In this document: positions 56,057 through 64,000 of the stretch, piece after piece
How the letters are laid out: every line of letters starts with the position of its first letter
Numbering within the stretch: the first letter of the stretch is position 1
Source: Planctomycetota bacterium
Lineage (GTDB): Bacteria; Planctomycetota; UBA8742; UBA2392
Assembly (NCBI GenBank): GCA_020638635.1
Contig: JACKIE010000001.1
Location: forward strand, 175,970-239,969
Length of the DNA stretch: 64,000 nt
Direction: 5' to 3'
The notes under the pieces: generated by a model
Seen by the model: only the letters and a program-made list of their open reading frames with translations
The model's database searches: none
Told to the model about the DNA's origin: nothing
Translations under genes and position numbers: made by a program

Positions 56057-57380
56057 ACTTCTTCATCTTGTATTGCAACGCGGTCCGGCCCACACCCAGT
56101 ATGCGCGCGGAACGCGACACATTCCAACCCGTTTCGGTCAATGCGTTCAGCAGCGAGTTTCGCTCGATGCGCTCAAGGTCGCCCACCAGGCCCTGCGGCG
56201 CGTCTTCACCGGGCGGCAGCCGCGTGGCTTCAAGCATTTCGGGCGGCAGGTCCTCGACGCGCATGGCATCACCCGTGGACAGCGCAATGCAGCGGCGGAT
56301 CACGTTTTCCAGCTCGCGCACGTTGCCCGGCCAGTGGTAGGCCTGCAGGCGCGCCATCACCGGCTCCGGCACCTGCAGACTCGTGCCCTCTTTGGCCAGG
56401 AAGTGCGCCACCAGCCGCGGGATGTCGCCCGCGCGCTCGCGCAGGGGCGGCATGGTGACCGTCACCACGTTGACGCGATAGAACAGGTCTTCGCGGAAGT
56501 CGCCGTCTTTCACCATTTCGCGCAAGTTGCGGTTTGTCGCGCACACCAGCCGCACGTCTGTGCGCAACTGCTGTGAGCCGCCGACGCGCTCGAAGGTTTT
56601 GTCCTGCAGCACGCGCAGCAGCTTCACTTGCGTGGTCTGTGGTATCTCGCCCAGCTCGTCCAGGAACAGGCTCCCGCCGTCGGCCGTCTCGAAGCGCCCT
56701 TTGCGTTGCGAGTCGGCGCCCGTGAAGGCGCCCTTCTCGTGGCCGAACAGTTCGCTTTCCAGCACGCCCGGGGCCAGCGCGCCCGCGTGCACGGCCACGA
56801 ATGCCTTGTCTTTGCGGGGCGACAGCTCGTGCACGGCGCGCGCCACCAGTTCCTTGCCGGTGCCGCTTTCGCCCAGGATCAGCACCGGCACGGTGCTGCG
56901 CGCGGCGCGCTTCACGATGTCGGCCACCTCAATCAGCTGCGGCGAGCTGCCGATCAGCCCGGGCAGGGCTTCCTCACCGCTGGGTTTTGGCGGCGGCGCG
57001 CCCGCGGCGCGTCCTTCCTCGATGGCGCGCTCGACCTTGAACTCGAACTCGGCAAGCTCGAAGGGCTTTTCCATGAAGTCGGAAGCGCCCAGCGACATGG
57101 CCTCCACGGCGTCTTTCACGCTGCCGTGTGCTGTAATCATGATGAACGGCGGAGGCTCTCCTTTCTCTGACAACGCGCGCAGCAGGCCCAGGCCGTCCAG
57201 CCTGGGCATCTTGAGGTCGCTGACGATCGCGTCGAAGCGGGTGGCCTTGGCCGCTTCCAGGGCCTTGGCGCCGTTCTCGGCCTGCGTGACTTCCATGCCC
57301 TTTGCGGCAAGGGCCATCGCCAGCATGTCGCGCATGCTGGCCTTGTCGTCAACGATCAGGATTCGAGGTTTGCCTGCCAA
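56034..57380 (-). CDS. sigma-54-dependent response regulator (NtrC family: REC + AAA+ + Fis-type HTH)
   Basis: REC ILIVDDKASMRDML...DLKMP. AAA+ VLILGESGTGKELVARAVH. GAFTGA sigma-54 contact motif (GHEKGAFTGADSQRKGRFE). R-finger region. C-terminal HTH SRSARILGVGRTALQYKMKKYGL. Confidence 0.9.
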   Translation of the reverse strand: MAGKPRILIVDDKASMRDMLAMALAAKGMEVTQAENGAKALEAAKATRFDAIVSDLKMPRLDGLGLLRALSEKGEPPPFIMITAHGSVKDAVEAMSLGASDFMEKPFELAEFEFKVERAIEEGRAAGAPPPKPSGEEALPGLIGSSPQLIEVADIVKRAARSTVPVLILGESGTGKELVARAVHELSPRKDKAFVAVHAGALAPGVLESELFGHEKGAFTGADSQRKGRFETADGGSLFLDELGEIPQTTQVKLLRVLQDKTFERVGGSQQLRTDVRLVCATNRNLREMVKDGDFREDLFYRVNVVTVTMPPLRERAGDIPRLVAHFLAKEGTSLQVPEPVMARLQAYHWPGNVRELENVIRRCIALSTGDAMRVEDLPPEMLEATRLPPGEDAPQGLVGDLERIERNSLLNALTETGWNVSRSARILGVGRTALQYKMKKYGLSKPA

Positions 57381-57406
57381 GTCAGTTTCCTATCTGAGCG
57401 GTGCGG

Positions 57407-57474
57407 GTGGGACATGTGGGACGCGTGGGATCTCGATGTCGTCCCACTTGTCCCACAAGTCCTACCTGTCCCAC
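57407..57474. promoter_or_regulatory. dyad-symmetric heptamer array: 3x GTGGGA(C/T) then 4x GTCC(C/T)AC, 9-bp phasing, in the kinase-regulator intergenic region
   Basis: gtgggac at 57407 and 57416. gtgggat at 57425. gtcccac at 57441, 57450 and 57468. gtcctac at 57459. The two halves are reverse complements, so it can act as a protein-binding array or a long imperfect hairpin. Confidence 0.5.
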
Positions 57475-57482
57475 CATTCCAT

Positions 57483-58793
57483 CTAATCCGCCTCCCGCAC
57501 GAACGTCGCGCGGAACATGGTACCCGAAGTACCGCTGCGAATCATTTCCAAGTCGCCGCCCAAATCCCGCAACAGCCGGCGCGCGATCGGCAGCCCCAGC
57601 CCCGTGCCGTCCGCCTTGCCCGTCACGAACGGCTCGAACAACCGGCCCCGTACTTCCTCGCTGATGCCGGGCCCGTTGTCCTCGATTTCTACAGCAACCA
57701 GCCTGCCAGTCTCCGCGGCCCGGATGGTCAGGCGGCCGCCTTCCTCGCGCATTGCCTCGGCCGCGTTGACCGCCACGTTGGACAGCGCCTCGCGCAAGGC
57801 GGTCGAGTCCACCTCCAGCTCGAGCTGCGGCAGTTGCGGCGTGGGCACCTCCACCTGCTCGCCGCCCGCGGCGCGCGCGGCCTCGATCACCGGGCGCAGT
57901 GCGGCCTCCAGCGAAAGCCGCTCGATCGAGCCATGGGCGCCGCGGCTGAACTGCAGGAAGTCGCGCACGATGCGGTCCAGCGCGCCGATTTCGGAAACAA
58001 GCTTGTCGGCGATCTGCTTCTGCATGGGATCGCCCAGGCCGCGCGCCAGCAGCTCGACGTAGCCGCGCAGGGCCGCCAGCGGGTTCTTGATCTGGTGGGC
58101 CATGCCGGCGCTGAACTGGGCCTGCTCGGCCAGCCGGGTCTGGCGCGCCAGGTCTCCCTGCAGGCGGCGCCAGGCCCGCGCCAGCAGCAGCGCCGAGGCC
58201 AGCGTCACCACGAATACCGCGACGACGGTCAGCCCCATGGTGTAGGCCACGGCGCTGAGCTTGTCGGTGTAGTCCGCCTCCAGCTCCACGGCCACGGCGT
58301 AGTCGCTGGCGCTGCCGTCCTCCTGGCGTACGGGCGCGAAGCCGTTGCGGTACATGCGCCCCTGTGCGTCCTGGTAGGTGATGGTCGCCACTGGCCCTTC
58401 TGTGAAGCTGCGCTCCAGCTCGTTGGCGTCCGTGGCGAAGCTGTAGTCGCGGCTGCCGAACTCGCGCCCCTCGGTGTCGATCACCAGGGTGCCGTCGCGT
58501 TTCAGCACGGCCGCGCGGCGCACGCCGCTGTACTGTTGCAGGGCTTGCAGGCGCTTGCGGTAGAGCACGGCCAGGTCGTCTTCGGCGTTCTCGACCAGGT
58601 CGAGGGCGTTGGGGCTGATACCCACGGCGGCGCTGGCAGCGTAGGTCTTGAGCCTGCGCTCGAGCTGTTCTTCGTAGCCGGTCTTGATGAAGCCGTAGGC
58701 AACCAGCGCGCCCGTCAGCAGCGCGCCCGCCATGATGATCGTGAACGCCCAGCCGAGCAGAGTACCGGATCGCATGCCGGGCTTGGCGCTCAT
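57483..58793 (-). CDS. two-component sensor histidine kinase (HisKA + HATPase_c)
   Basis: Two TM helices flank a periplasmic domain. H-box FSAGMAHQIKNPLAAL. N-box AVNAAEAM. G-boxes DNGPGI and GTGLGLPIARRL. Confidence 0.85.
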   Translation of the reverse strand: MSAKPGMRSGTLLGWAFTIIMAGALLTGALVAYGFIKTGYEEQLERRLKTYAASAAVGISPNALDLVENAEDDLAVLYRKRLQALQQYSGVRRAAVLKRDGTLVIDTEGREFGSRDYSFATDANELERSFTEGPVATITYQDAQGRMYRNGFAPVRQEDGSASDYAVAVELEADYTDKLSAVAYTMGLTVVAVFVVTLASALLLARAWRRLQGDLARQTRLAEQAQFSAGMAHQIKNPLAALRGYVELLARGLGDPMQKQIADKLVSEIGALDRIVRDFLQFSRGAHGSIERLSLEAALRPVIEAARAAGGEQVEVPTPQLPQLELEVDSTALREALSNVAVNAAEAMREEGGRLTIRAAETGRLVAVEIEDNGPGISEEVRGRLFEPFVTGKADGTGLGLPIARRLLRDLGGDLEMIRSGTSGTMFRATFVREAD

Positions 58794-59995
58794 TACCAGG
58801 CGATCTCCAGGAAGATCGAAATGTCATTGTCGGCGTAGCCGGCGTTGTCGATGTCGCTGGCGCGGCGCGAGTACACGTAGCGCGCGCCTACATGGAAGAA
58901 CTCCCAGAAGTTCCATGACACTTCCACCCAGCCCTGCAGCAGTCGTTCGTGCACCGTCTTCTCGCCGTTCACGCCTACATCGTCCACATCCACGCGGTCG
59001 TCGTACTCCCGCGTCCACAGGTGTCCGCCCACGGTCAGTCGCACTTCGCCCACGAGGTTCAGGTCTACCGCGCCCTTCAGGCCGTACTGCCAGTAACGGT
59101 CGTGTCCGGCGGCGGAGTCGTCCTGTCGGGTGCTGTAGGCACGGCCTTGGGCCTCGATGAACGGAAGGTTCAACTTGAAGTCACACCCGTAATGGAACTT
59201 CAGCAGCTGCAGCTTGTCGTCGCTGCTGAGCGGCGTGCCGTCATCCTGGATGTCCACCTGATCGCGGAACCACTCGTAGTCGAAGGCCACGTACGGGTGC
59301 AGCTCAAGGAAGTCGAACACCGAGAAGTATACGCTGAAGTCGGCGCCTATCGTCCAGCTGTCCACGCTGGGTACGTCCTTCTCTTCGCTGAAATCGGTGG
59401 TCTGGCCGGTGAAGCCCAGTTCGAAAACGATGAAGCTGACCTGGTAGCCCACGTAGGCCCGTGCGATCACGCCGCTGGCGCGAAGGTCGTCCTGGCGGGT
59501 GATCGGTCCGGTGATCTGATAGGTCTGCAGCTGCTGGTACAGCACGTCGGCGCTAGCGCCGAAGCCGAATCCGCCGTTGTAAGGCATCTTGAAGAAACCG
59601 CCCAGCTTCAGGTCCCACAAGGCGGCGTCGGGCTCACCAAAGTACAGGCGCCCGGCAAGCTGGGCGCGCGCGCCCAATGCAACCAGACCGAAGTTGGCGC
59701 CCACGTAGGCGTAGCTCGCGCCGTCGATGTACAGACCGGTGTCGTCGTCCTTGTCTTCCAGGAAGATGTTGCTGTCCCAGCCAAATGAGCCGCGCGCGCG
59801 GAAGCCAAGGCCGGTTCGATCCCGACCAAGGCTGAGGGGCAGGTAAGCGCCATCTTCCACGCCGCCGACCTCGAAGTCGGCCCAGGGGTCGATCTCTTCT
59901 TCATCGCCGCCGGGTGTAGTGCTGGAGGGCGAGCCCTCCTGCGCGTACACGGGGACGGCCAACAAAAGGGCGAGAACAACGAGCCACTTGCCCAT
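58793..59995 (-). CDS. outer-membrane beta-barrel protein (hypothetical)
   Basis: Signal peptide MGKWLVVLALLLAVPVYAQ. Alternating hydrophobic beta-strand pattern. C-terminal aromatic terminus ...FLEIAW. TAATGA overlap with the kinase start. Confidence 0.5.
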   Translation of the reverse strand: MGKWLVVLALLLAVPVYAQEGSPSSTTPGGDEEEIDPWADFEVGGVEDGAYLPLSLGRDRTGLGFRARGSFGWDSNIFLEDKDDDTGLYIDGASYAYVGANFGLVALGARAQLAGRLYFGEPDAALWDLKLGGFFKMPYNGGFGFGASADVLYQQLQTYQITGPITRQDDLRASGVIARAYVGYQVSFIVFELGFTGQTTDFSEEKDVPSVDSWTIGADFSVYFSVFDFLELHPYVAFDYEWFRDQVDIQDDGTPLSSDDKLQLLKFHYGCDFKLNLPFIEAQGRAYSTRQDDSAAGHDRYWQYGLKGAVDLNLVGEVRLTVGGHLWTREYDDRVDVDDVGVNGEKTVHERLLQGWVEVSWNFWEFFHVGARYVYSRRASDIDNAGYADNDISIFLEIAW

Positions 59996-60280
59996 GGCTA
60001 CTTCTCCAGCGGGGGTACAGGGGTTGCGCGGGCTGCTTTCCGGTCAGCCGCCGCCCTCAGGTTACGGGCGCGGGCCGGGTGTGACAAGCTTCGCCCACCC
60101 CTGGAATGAGTGTGGCAGCCGGTCGGTGGGGCCATACCGCCGGCTGCCGTCCTCAGTTACCCGGGAGCACACCTCCCGGACGTGAGTGCATAAAGCAGCC
60201 GGCGTGCCAATTCATCGCCGCCTGCAGCCCACTGCCCGGGAAGGCCTTCCGCAGGCGGGAAAGCGGCCGATTGCAGGTTT

Positions 60281-60296
60281 TGGCACGCCCGTGGCA
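60281..60296 (+). promoter_or_regulatory. candidate sigma-54 (-24/-12) promoter upstream of the XPB-like helicase operon
   Basis: tGGcac-gcccg-tgGCa fits GG-N10-GC and the TGGCAC -24 consensus. About 120 bp upstream of the helicase start, and about 2.9 kb from a sigma-54 activator gene. Confidence 0.3.
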
Positions 60297-60415
60297 AGGT
60301 CGCGGGCCGCCGAATCTCCGGCGCTTCTGCGCGCACATCTGCCAGATTTCCGGCAGGGTCCATCTCTGCTACACTGCCGGGTTCTCCGGGGACTTGCCCC
60401 GGGCCGGAGCAGACG

Positions 60416-62131
60416 TTGAACGCACGCGGACCCGCAATCGTACAGGCAGACCTCACAGTGCTGCTCGAGGTCGATCACCCGGACTACGAGCCGGCCCGTG
60501 ACGCCCTGGCCGCGTTCAGCGAACTGGTGAAAAGCCCCGAACACATCCACACCTACCGCATCACGCCCCTCAGCCTCTGGAACGCCGCTGCCTCAGGCAT
60601 TACCGCGGCCCAGGTGCTTGACGCCCTGACACGCTACTCGCGCTACGAGGTGCCCGAGCTCGTGCGCACCGAGGTGGTCGAGTACATCAGCCGCTACGGC
60701 CGCCTGGTGCTGGACGTCCACGACGGCCGCTATGTGCTGCGCAGCGACGACACTGTGCTGCTGAAGATGCTGGCGCACCAGAAGGGCGTCGAGCCGTATT
60801 TCGAAGGCTTTCTCGACGATAACACGGCGCTGATCAGCCAGTCGGCCCGCGGCTACCTGAAGCAGGCCCTGGTGAAGGTGGGCTTCCCGGTGGAAGACCT
60901 GGCGGGCTACACGCCGGGTGCGCCGCTGGATCTGCAACTGCGCGAAACCACCACGGGCGGCAAGGCCTTCAACCTGCGGCGCTATCAAAAGGAAGCGGCC
61001 GAGGTGTTTTACGCGGGCGGCGGCGCGCGCGGCGGCAGCGGCGTGATCGTGCTGCCCTGCGGCGCGGGCAAGACCATCGTGGCCTTGGGTGCCATGGACC
61101 AGGTAAAGGCCCACACGCTGATTCTGACCGCCAACGTGGTAGCCGTGCGGCAGTGGATGCGCGAGATCCTGGACAAGACCAGCCTGCGCGAGGACCAGAT
61201 CGCCGAGTACACGGGCGACCGCAAGTCGATCGCGCCGGTCACCGTGGCGACTTACCAGATCGTCACCTACCGCAAGCGCAAGTCGGACGAGTTCCCCCAC
61301 TTCGAGATCTTCAACAAGGCGGACTGGGGCCTGATCATCTACGACGAAGTCCACCTGCTGCCGGCGCCTGTGTTCCGTGCCACGGCGGCAATCCAGTCGC
61401 GCCGGCGCCTGGGCCTGACCGCCACGCTGGTGCGCGAGGATGGCCTTGAGGAAGACGTCTTCAGCCTGGTGGGCCCCAAGCGCTACGACGTGCCCTGGCG
61501 CGAGCTGGAGAAGCAGGGCTGGATCGCCACCGCCGACTGCACCGAGGTGCGCGTTGAGCTGCCCAGCCCCCAGCGCATGCCGTACGCGCTGGCCGGCCAG
61601 CGCGAGCAGTACCGCATCGCAGCCGAAAACCCGGTGAAGATGGATGTGCTGGCGGCACTGCTTGAGCTGCACAAGGGCGATCGCGTGCTGGTGATCGCGC
61701 AGTACCTCGACCAGTTGCACGAGTTGGCGAGCCGCTTCGATCTGCCATTGATCGAGGGCAAGACTCCCAGCAAGAAGCGCGAAGAGCTGTACGCGAAGTT
61801 CCGTAGCGGCGAGCTCGGCACGCTGGTGGTCAGCAAGGTCGGCAACTTCGCCGTGGACCTGCCGGACGCTAACGTGATGGTGCAGCTCAGCGGCACCTTC
61901 GGCAGCCGGCAGGAAGAGGCGCAGCGCCTGGGGCGCATCCTGCGCCCGAAGGAAGACGGCTCGCTGGCGCACTTCTACACCATCGTCACGCGCGAAACGC
62001 GCGACCAGGAGTTCGGCGCCAACCGCCAGCTGTTCCTGGTCGAGCAGGGCTACCGCTACCGCATCGTTGACGCCGCCGAGATCCTGGGCGGCCAGTTCAC
62101 GCCCGCCCAGCCCCAGGAGGCGACGCCATGA
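60416..62131 (+). CDS. XPB/ERCC3 (Ssl2)-like superfamily 2 DNA helicase
   Basis: XPB-type N-terminal damage-recognition-like region (LLEVDHPDYEPARDALAAF). Motif I VIVLPCGAGKT. Motif II IIYDEVHLLPA. Motif III LGLTATLVRED. RED-like and thumb regions. Motif VI QRLGRILR. TTG start at 60416 with GGAG 8 nt upstream. Confidence 0.8.
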   Translation: MNARGPAIVQADLTVLLEVDHPDYEPARDALAAFSELVKSPEHIHTYRITPLSLWNAAASGITAAQVLDALTRYSRYEVPELVRTEVVEYISRYGRLVLDVHDGRYVLRSDDTVLLKMLAHQKGVEPYFEGFLDDNTALISQSARGYLKQALVKVGFPVEDLAGYTPGAPLDLQLRETTTGGKAFNLRRYQKEAAEVFYAGGGARGGSGVIVLPCGAGKTIVALGAMDQVKAHTLILTANVVAVRQWMREILDKTSLREDQIAEYTGDRKSIAPVTVATYQIVTYRKRKSDEFPHFEIFNKADWGLIIYDEVHLLPAPVFRATAAIQSRRRLGLTATLVREDGLEEDVFSLVGPKRYDVPWRELEKQGWIATADCTEVRVELPSPQRMPYALAGQREQYRIAAENPVKMDVLAALLELHKGDRVLVIAQYLDQLHELASRFDLPLIEGKTPSKKREELYAKFRSGELGTLVVSKVGNFAVDLPDANVMVQLSGTFGSRQEEAQRLGRILRPKEDGSLAHFYTIVTRETRDQEFGANRQLFLVEQGYRYRIVDAAEILGGQFTPAQPQEATP

Positions 62132-62325
62132 AACTGCACCTGCACGTGGGCGTGGTGGAGACTATTGACGAGTCAACACTTGATGAAGTGCTGGCCGTCG
62201 CCCAGTGCACCGAGCGCGTGCTGGCGCGCCTCGCCCCCAACCTGGCGGTGCTCGAGCGCGACGACGCCGAGAAGGTGATCGCGGCCCTCGAAGCCAACGG
62301 CCTGCACCCGAAGGTGATGCGATGA
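62128..62325 (+). CDS. small hypothetical protein translationally coupled between the helicase and its partner gene
   Basis: 65 aa. ATGA overlaps at both ends (62128 and 62322). No recognisable family. Confidence 0.4.
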   Translation: MKLHLHVGVVETIDESTLDEVLAVAQCTERVLARLAPNLAVLERDDAEKVIAALEANGLHPKVMR

Positions 62326-64000
62326 CCGAGGCCGCCGCCAACCCGATCCGCCGCTTCCGCGCCGCCGAGCTGGACCTGCTGGGCGTGCTGGAGGTGGTGA
62401 TCGCGCGCGGCCCCAAGGTGTTGAAAAACGGCCTGCCCAACCTGGCCTTCTTCCGCGCCGCCAATGCCGCGCTTGCCCGCCCGGACGGCGAGACCGAGGG
62501 CGCGGGTTTTACCCAGGTCGAGTTCTGGCTCAGCCTGGCGCGCGAGCTTGAGCTGGTGGAGGTGATCGACGGCTGCCTGCAGGTCACCGCCGCGGCCGAC
62601 GAGTTCTACAGCGCCGCGGCCGACGAGCGCCTGGCCATGCTGCGCCGCGCCTGGCTGGAATCGCGCGACCTGAACGAGTTCGCCCTGTCGCACGAGCTGG
62701 AGCTGCCATCGCTCAAGCGCGGCCGCACCGTGGACGTCACGACTGACATTCCGCTGGCCGAGCGCATGATCGAAGCCCGGCGTGAAGTGGTGCGCATCGT
62801 CGAGGCCCTGCTGGATGAGACCACGCTGCCAGATCTGATCCGCCGCCTGGAGCGCGAATCGCGTGACCTCTTCATCAGCCACCAGGAGGACGGCAGCTGG
62901 CGCCAGGTGTACTACCGCGGCATCCGCGAGCGCGGCGGCCGCGAAGACGTCGAGCGCGACGGCAGCTGGGAGTTGGTGGAAGGCGCTGTTCTGCGCCTGA
63001 TGTGTGCTCTGCCGCTGGACCGCCTGGGCTGGATTGAGTACGAGCCGCGCGGTCAGGTCATCACGCCGCTGGCCGAAGGCCCGCCCGCCGAGCCGAGCTT
63101 CGAGGCCGTGGTACAGCCCAACTTCGAGGTGGTGGCGCTGGGCGATCGGCCGGACCCCGCCGCCCTGTGGCGCCTGGCGCGCTTCACCACGCCGCGGCCG
63201 GAAGGGCGCGTGCGCACCTACGTACTTGAGCGCAAGCCGTTCGCGGACGCGCTGGGGCGCGGGCACTCGGCCGCCGAACTGATCGAGTTCCTGGCCGGGC
63301 TGTCGCGCGCGCCGCTGCCGCAGAACGTGCGGTTCTCGCTGGACGACTGGGCGACGCTTTCCGAGCGCATCAAGATCTGGCCCGACGCGTTGTTGATCGA
63401 GGCCGAGGGAGTGGAGGACCTGTCCGCGCTGCTGCCGGCCCGGCTGCTCGAGAGGCTTCAACCTTCGCGGCTGTCCGGCGGCCACTACGCCTGCCCGGCT
63501 CCCGCGCCGGATGCCCTGCGCGAAGTGGTGCCGCCGCGACGCACGCTGCTGGACTACTCGCGCCGCCTGCCGCCGGTGATCGCTCCCGGCGAGGACACCG
63601 CGCTGGTCGCGCCGCGGGAAGAGCTGCACCTGCGCGCTCGCCAGCTGCTGGCGCTGGTCAGCCGCGGACGCAGCACGGACCGCTACGAGCTGGACCCCAC
63701 GCTGGTCGAGCAGTCGGCCGCGGCCTTGGGGTCATCCGAGCTGATGCGGCGGATCCGCGAGGGCCTGTCGAAATCACTTTCCGCCACGCTGGGCCTGGCC
63801 CTGCGCACCTGGGCCGGCGAATTCACGCGCCCCTATGCGGGCAACGCGGAGGTGTTCCTAGCCGAGAACCGTGAGCAGGCGGAGCTGCTGGACGAAATGC
63901 CCGAGTTCCGGCGCTGGGTGGACCGGCGCCTGGCGCCCGGCATCTTCCTGCTACGCGCGGGCGGCACGGCGGGCGTGCGCGAGCTGTTGAAGCGGCTCGG
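62322..64000 (+). CDS. XPB-associated helicase-related/DNA-binding partner protein (3' end beyond window)
   Basis: Long open frame from the ATG at 62322 (MTEAAANPIRRFRAAELDLLGVLEVVIARG...) with no stop by 64000. It is absent from the ORF track for that reason. Ala/Leu/Arg-rich helical protein. Confidence 0.5.
   Translation, partial: MTEAAANPIRRFRAAELDLLGVLEVVIARGPKVLKNGLPNLAFFRAANAALARPDGETEGAGFTQVEFWLSLARELELVEVIDGCLQVTAAADEFYSAAADERLAMLRRAWLESRDLNEFALSHELELPSLKRGRTVDVTTDIPLAERMIEARREVVRIVEALLDETTLPDLIRRLERESRDLFISHQEDGSWRQVYYRGIRERGGREDVERDGSWELVEGAVLRLMCALPLDRLGWIEYEPRGQVITPLAEGPPAEPSFEAVVQPNFEVVALGDRPDPAALWRLARFTTPRPEGRVRTYVLERKPFADALGRGHSAAELIEFLAGLSRAPLPQNVRFSLDDWATLSERIKIWPDALLIEAEGVEDLSALLPARLLERLQPSRLSGGHYACPAPAPDALREVVPPRRTLLDYSRRLPPVIAPGEDTALVAPREELHLRARQLLALVSRGRSTDRYELDPTLVEQSAAALGSSELMRRIREGLSKSLSATLGLALRTWAGEFTRPYAGNAEVFLAENREQAELLDEMPEFRRWVDRRLAPGIFLLRAGGTAGVRELLKRL

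Noticed and set aside
62097-63629. 510-aa reverse-strand ORF opposite the XPB-partner gene
   Set aside because: Arg-rich antisense frame. The + strand frame is long, open and coupled to the helicase operon.

Overview
High-GC (about 65-70%) bacterial chromosomal window, gene-dense on both strands. I found no rRNA, tRNA or CRISPR. The bias toward secreted lipoproteins, secreted alpha/alpha-toroid repeat proteins, a GxxExxY gene, sigma-54 two-component regulation and PQQ-like beta-propellers suggests a Planctomycetota/PVC-like or similar lineage; this is inference only. Content runs in this order. (1) 1-7.6 kb: a divergently transcribed fatty-acid/polyketide-like lipid cluster. It holds an FAD oxidoreductase, two true beta-ketoacyl-ACP synthases, a KS-like partner, FabG, a dedicated ACP and a UbiA-family prenyltransferase. 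A GxxExxY gene and two unusual inverted repeats are inserted in it. (2) atpD and atpC are split by a TM2-domain gene and preceded by a long structured leader. (3) An RDD-family membrane gene is flanked by two copies of a MITE-like element with perfect 26-bp terminal inverted repeats. (4) A large RND efflux permease, an orphan NuoG-like Fe-S subunit, and an ECF sigma with a large membrane protein. (5) purE, purC, a SAM methyltransferase, a translationally coupled lipoprotein/acetyltransferase-like/PBP4/VanZ run, and a 1,500-aa PQQ-propeller/TPR secreted protein. (6) KpsF/GutQ, a multidomain class III adenylate cyclase, and three lipoprotein genes with a triple 13-bp palindrome operator-like array. 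(7) prfB with the classic CUU UGA C +1 frameshift site. (8) A low-GC (about 45-55%) foreign island. It carries an RNI-type leucine-rich-repeat protein and a 499-aa unknown whose 3' end shares the foreign composition. Next to it is a native-GC lambda gpE-like major-capsid-like gene. (9) A Dpp/Opp-type ABC importer with two SBPs and two permeases but no ATPase, then bioD. (10) Tandem paralogous secreted terpene-cyclase-like toroid proteins. (11) An OMP / histidine kinase / sigma-54 activator / coiled-coil operon with an internal dyad heptamer array. (12) A candidate sigma-54 promoter upstream of an XPB-like helicase three-gene module. The long Arg-rich ORFs on the opposite strand of real genes are high-GC artefacts.
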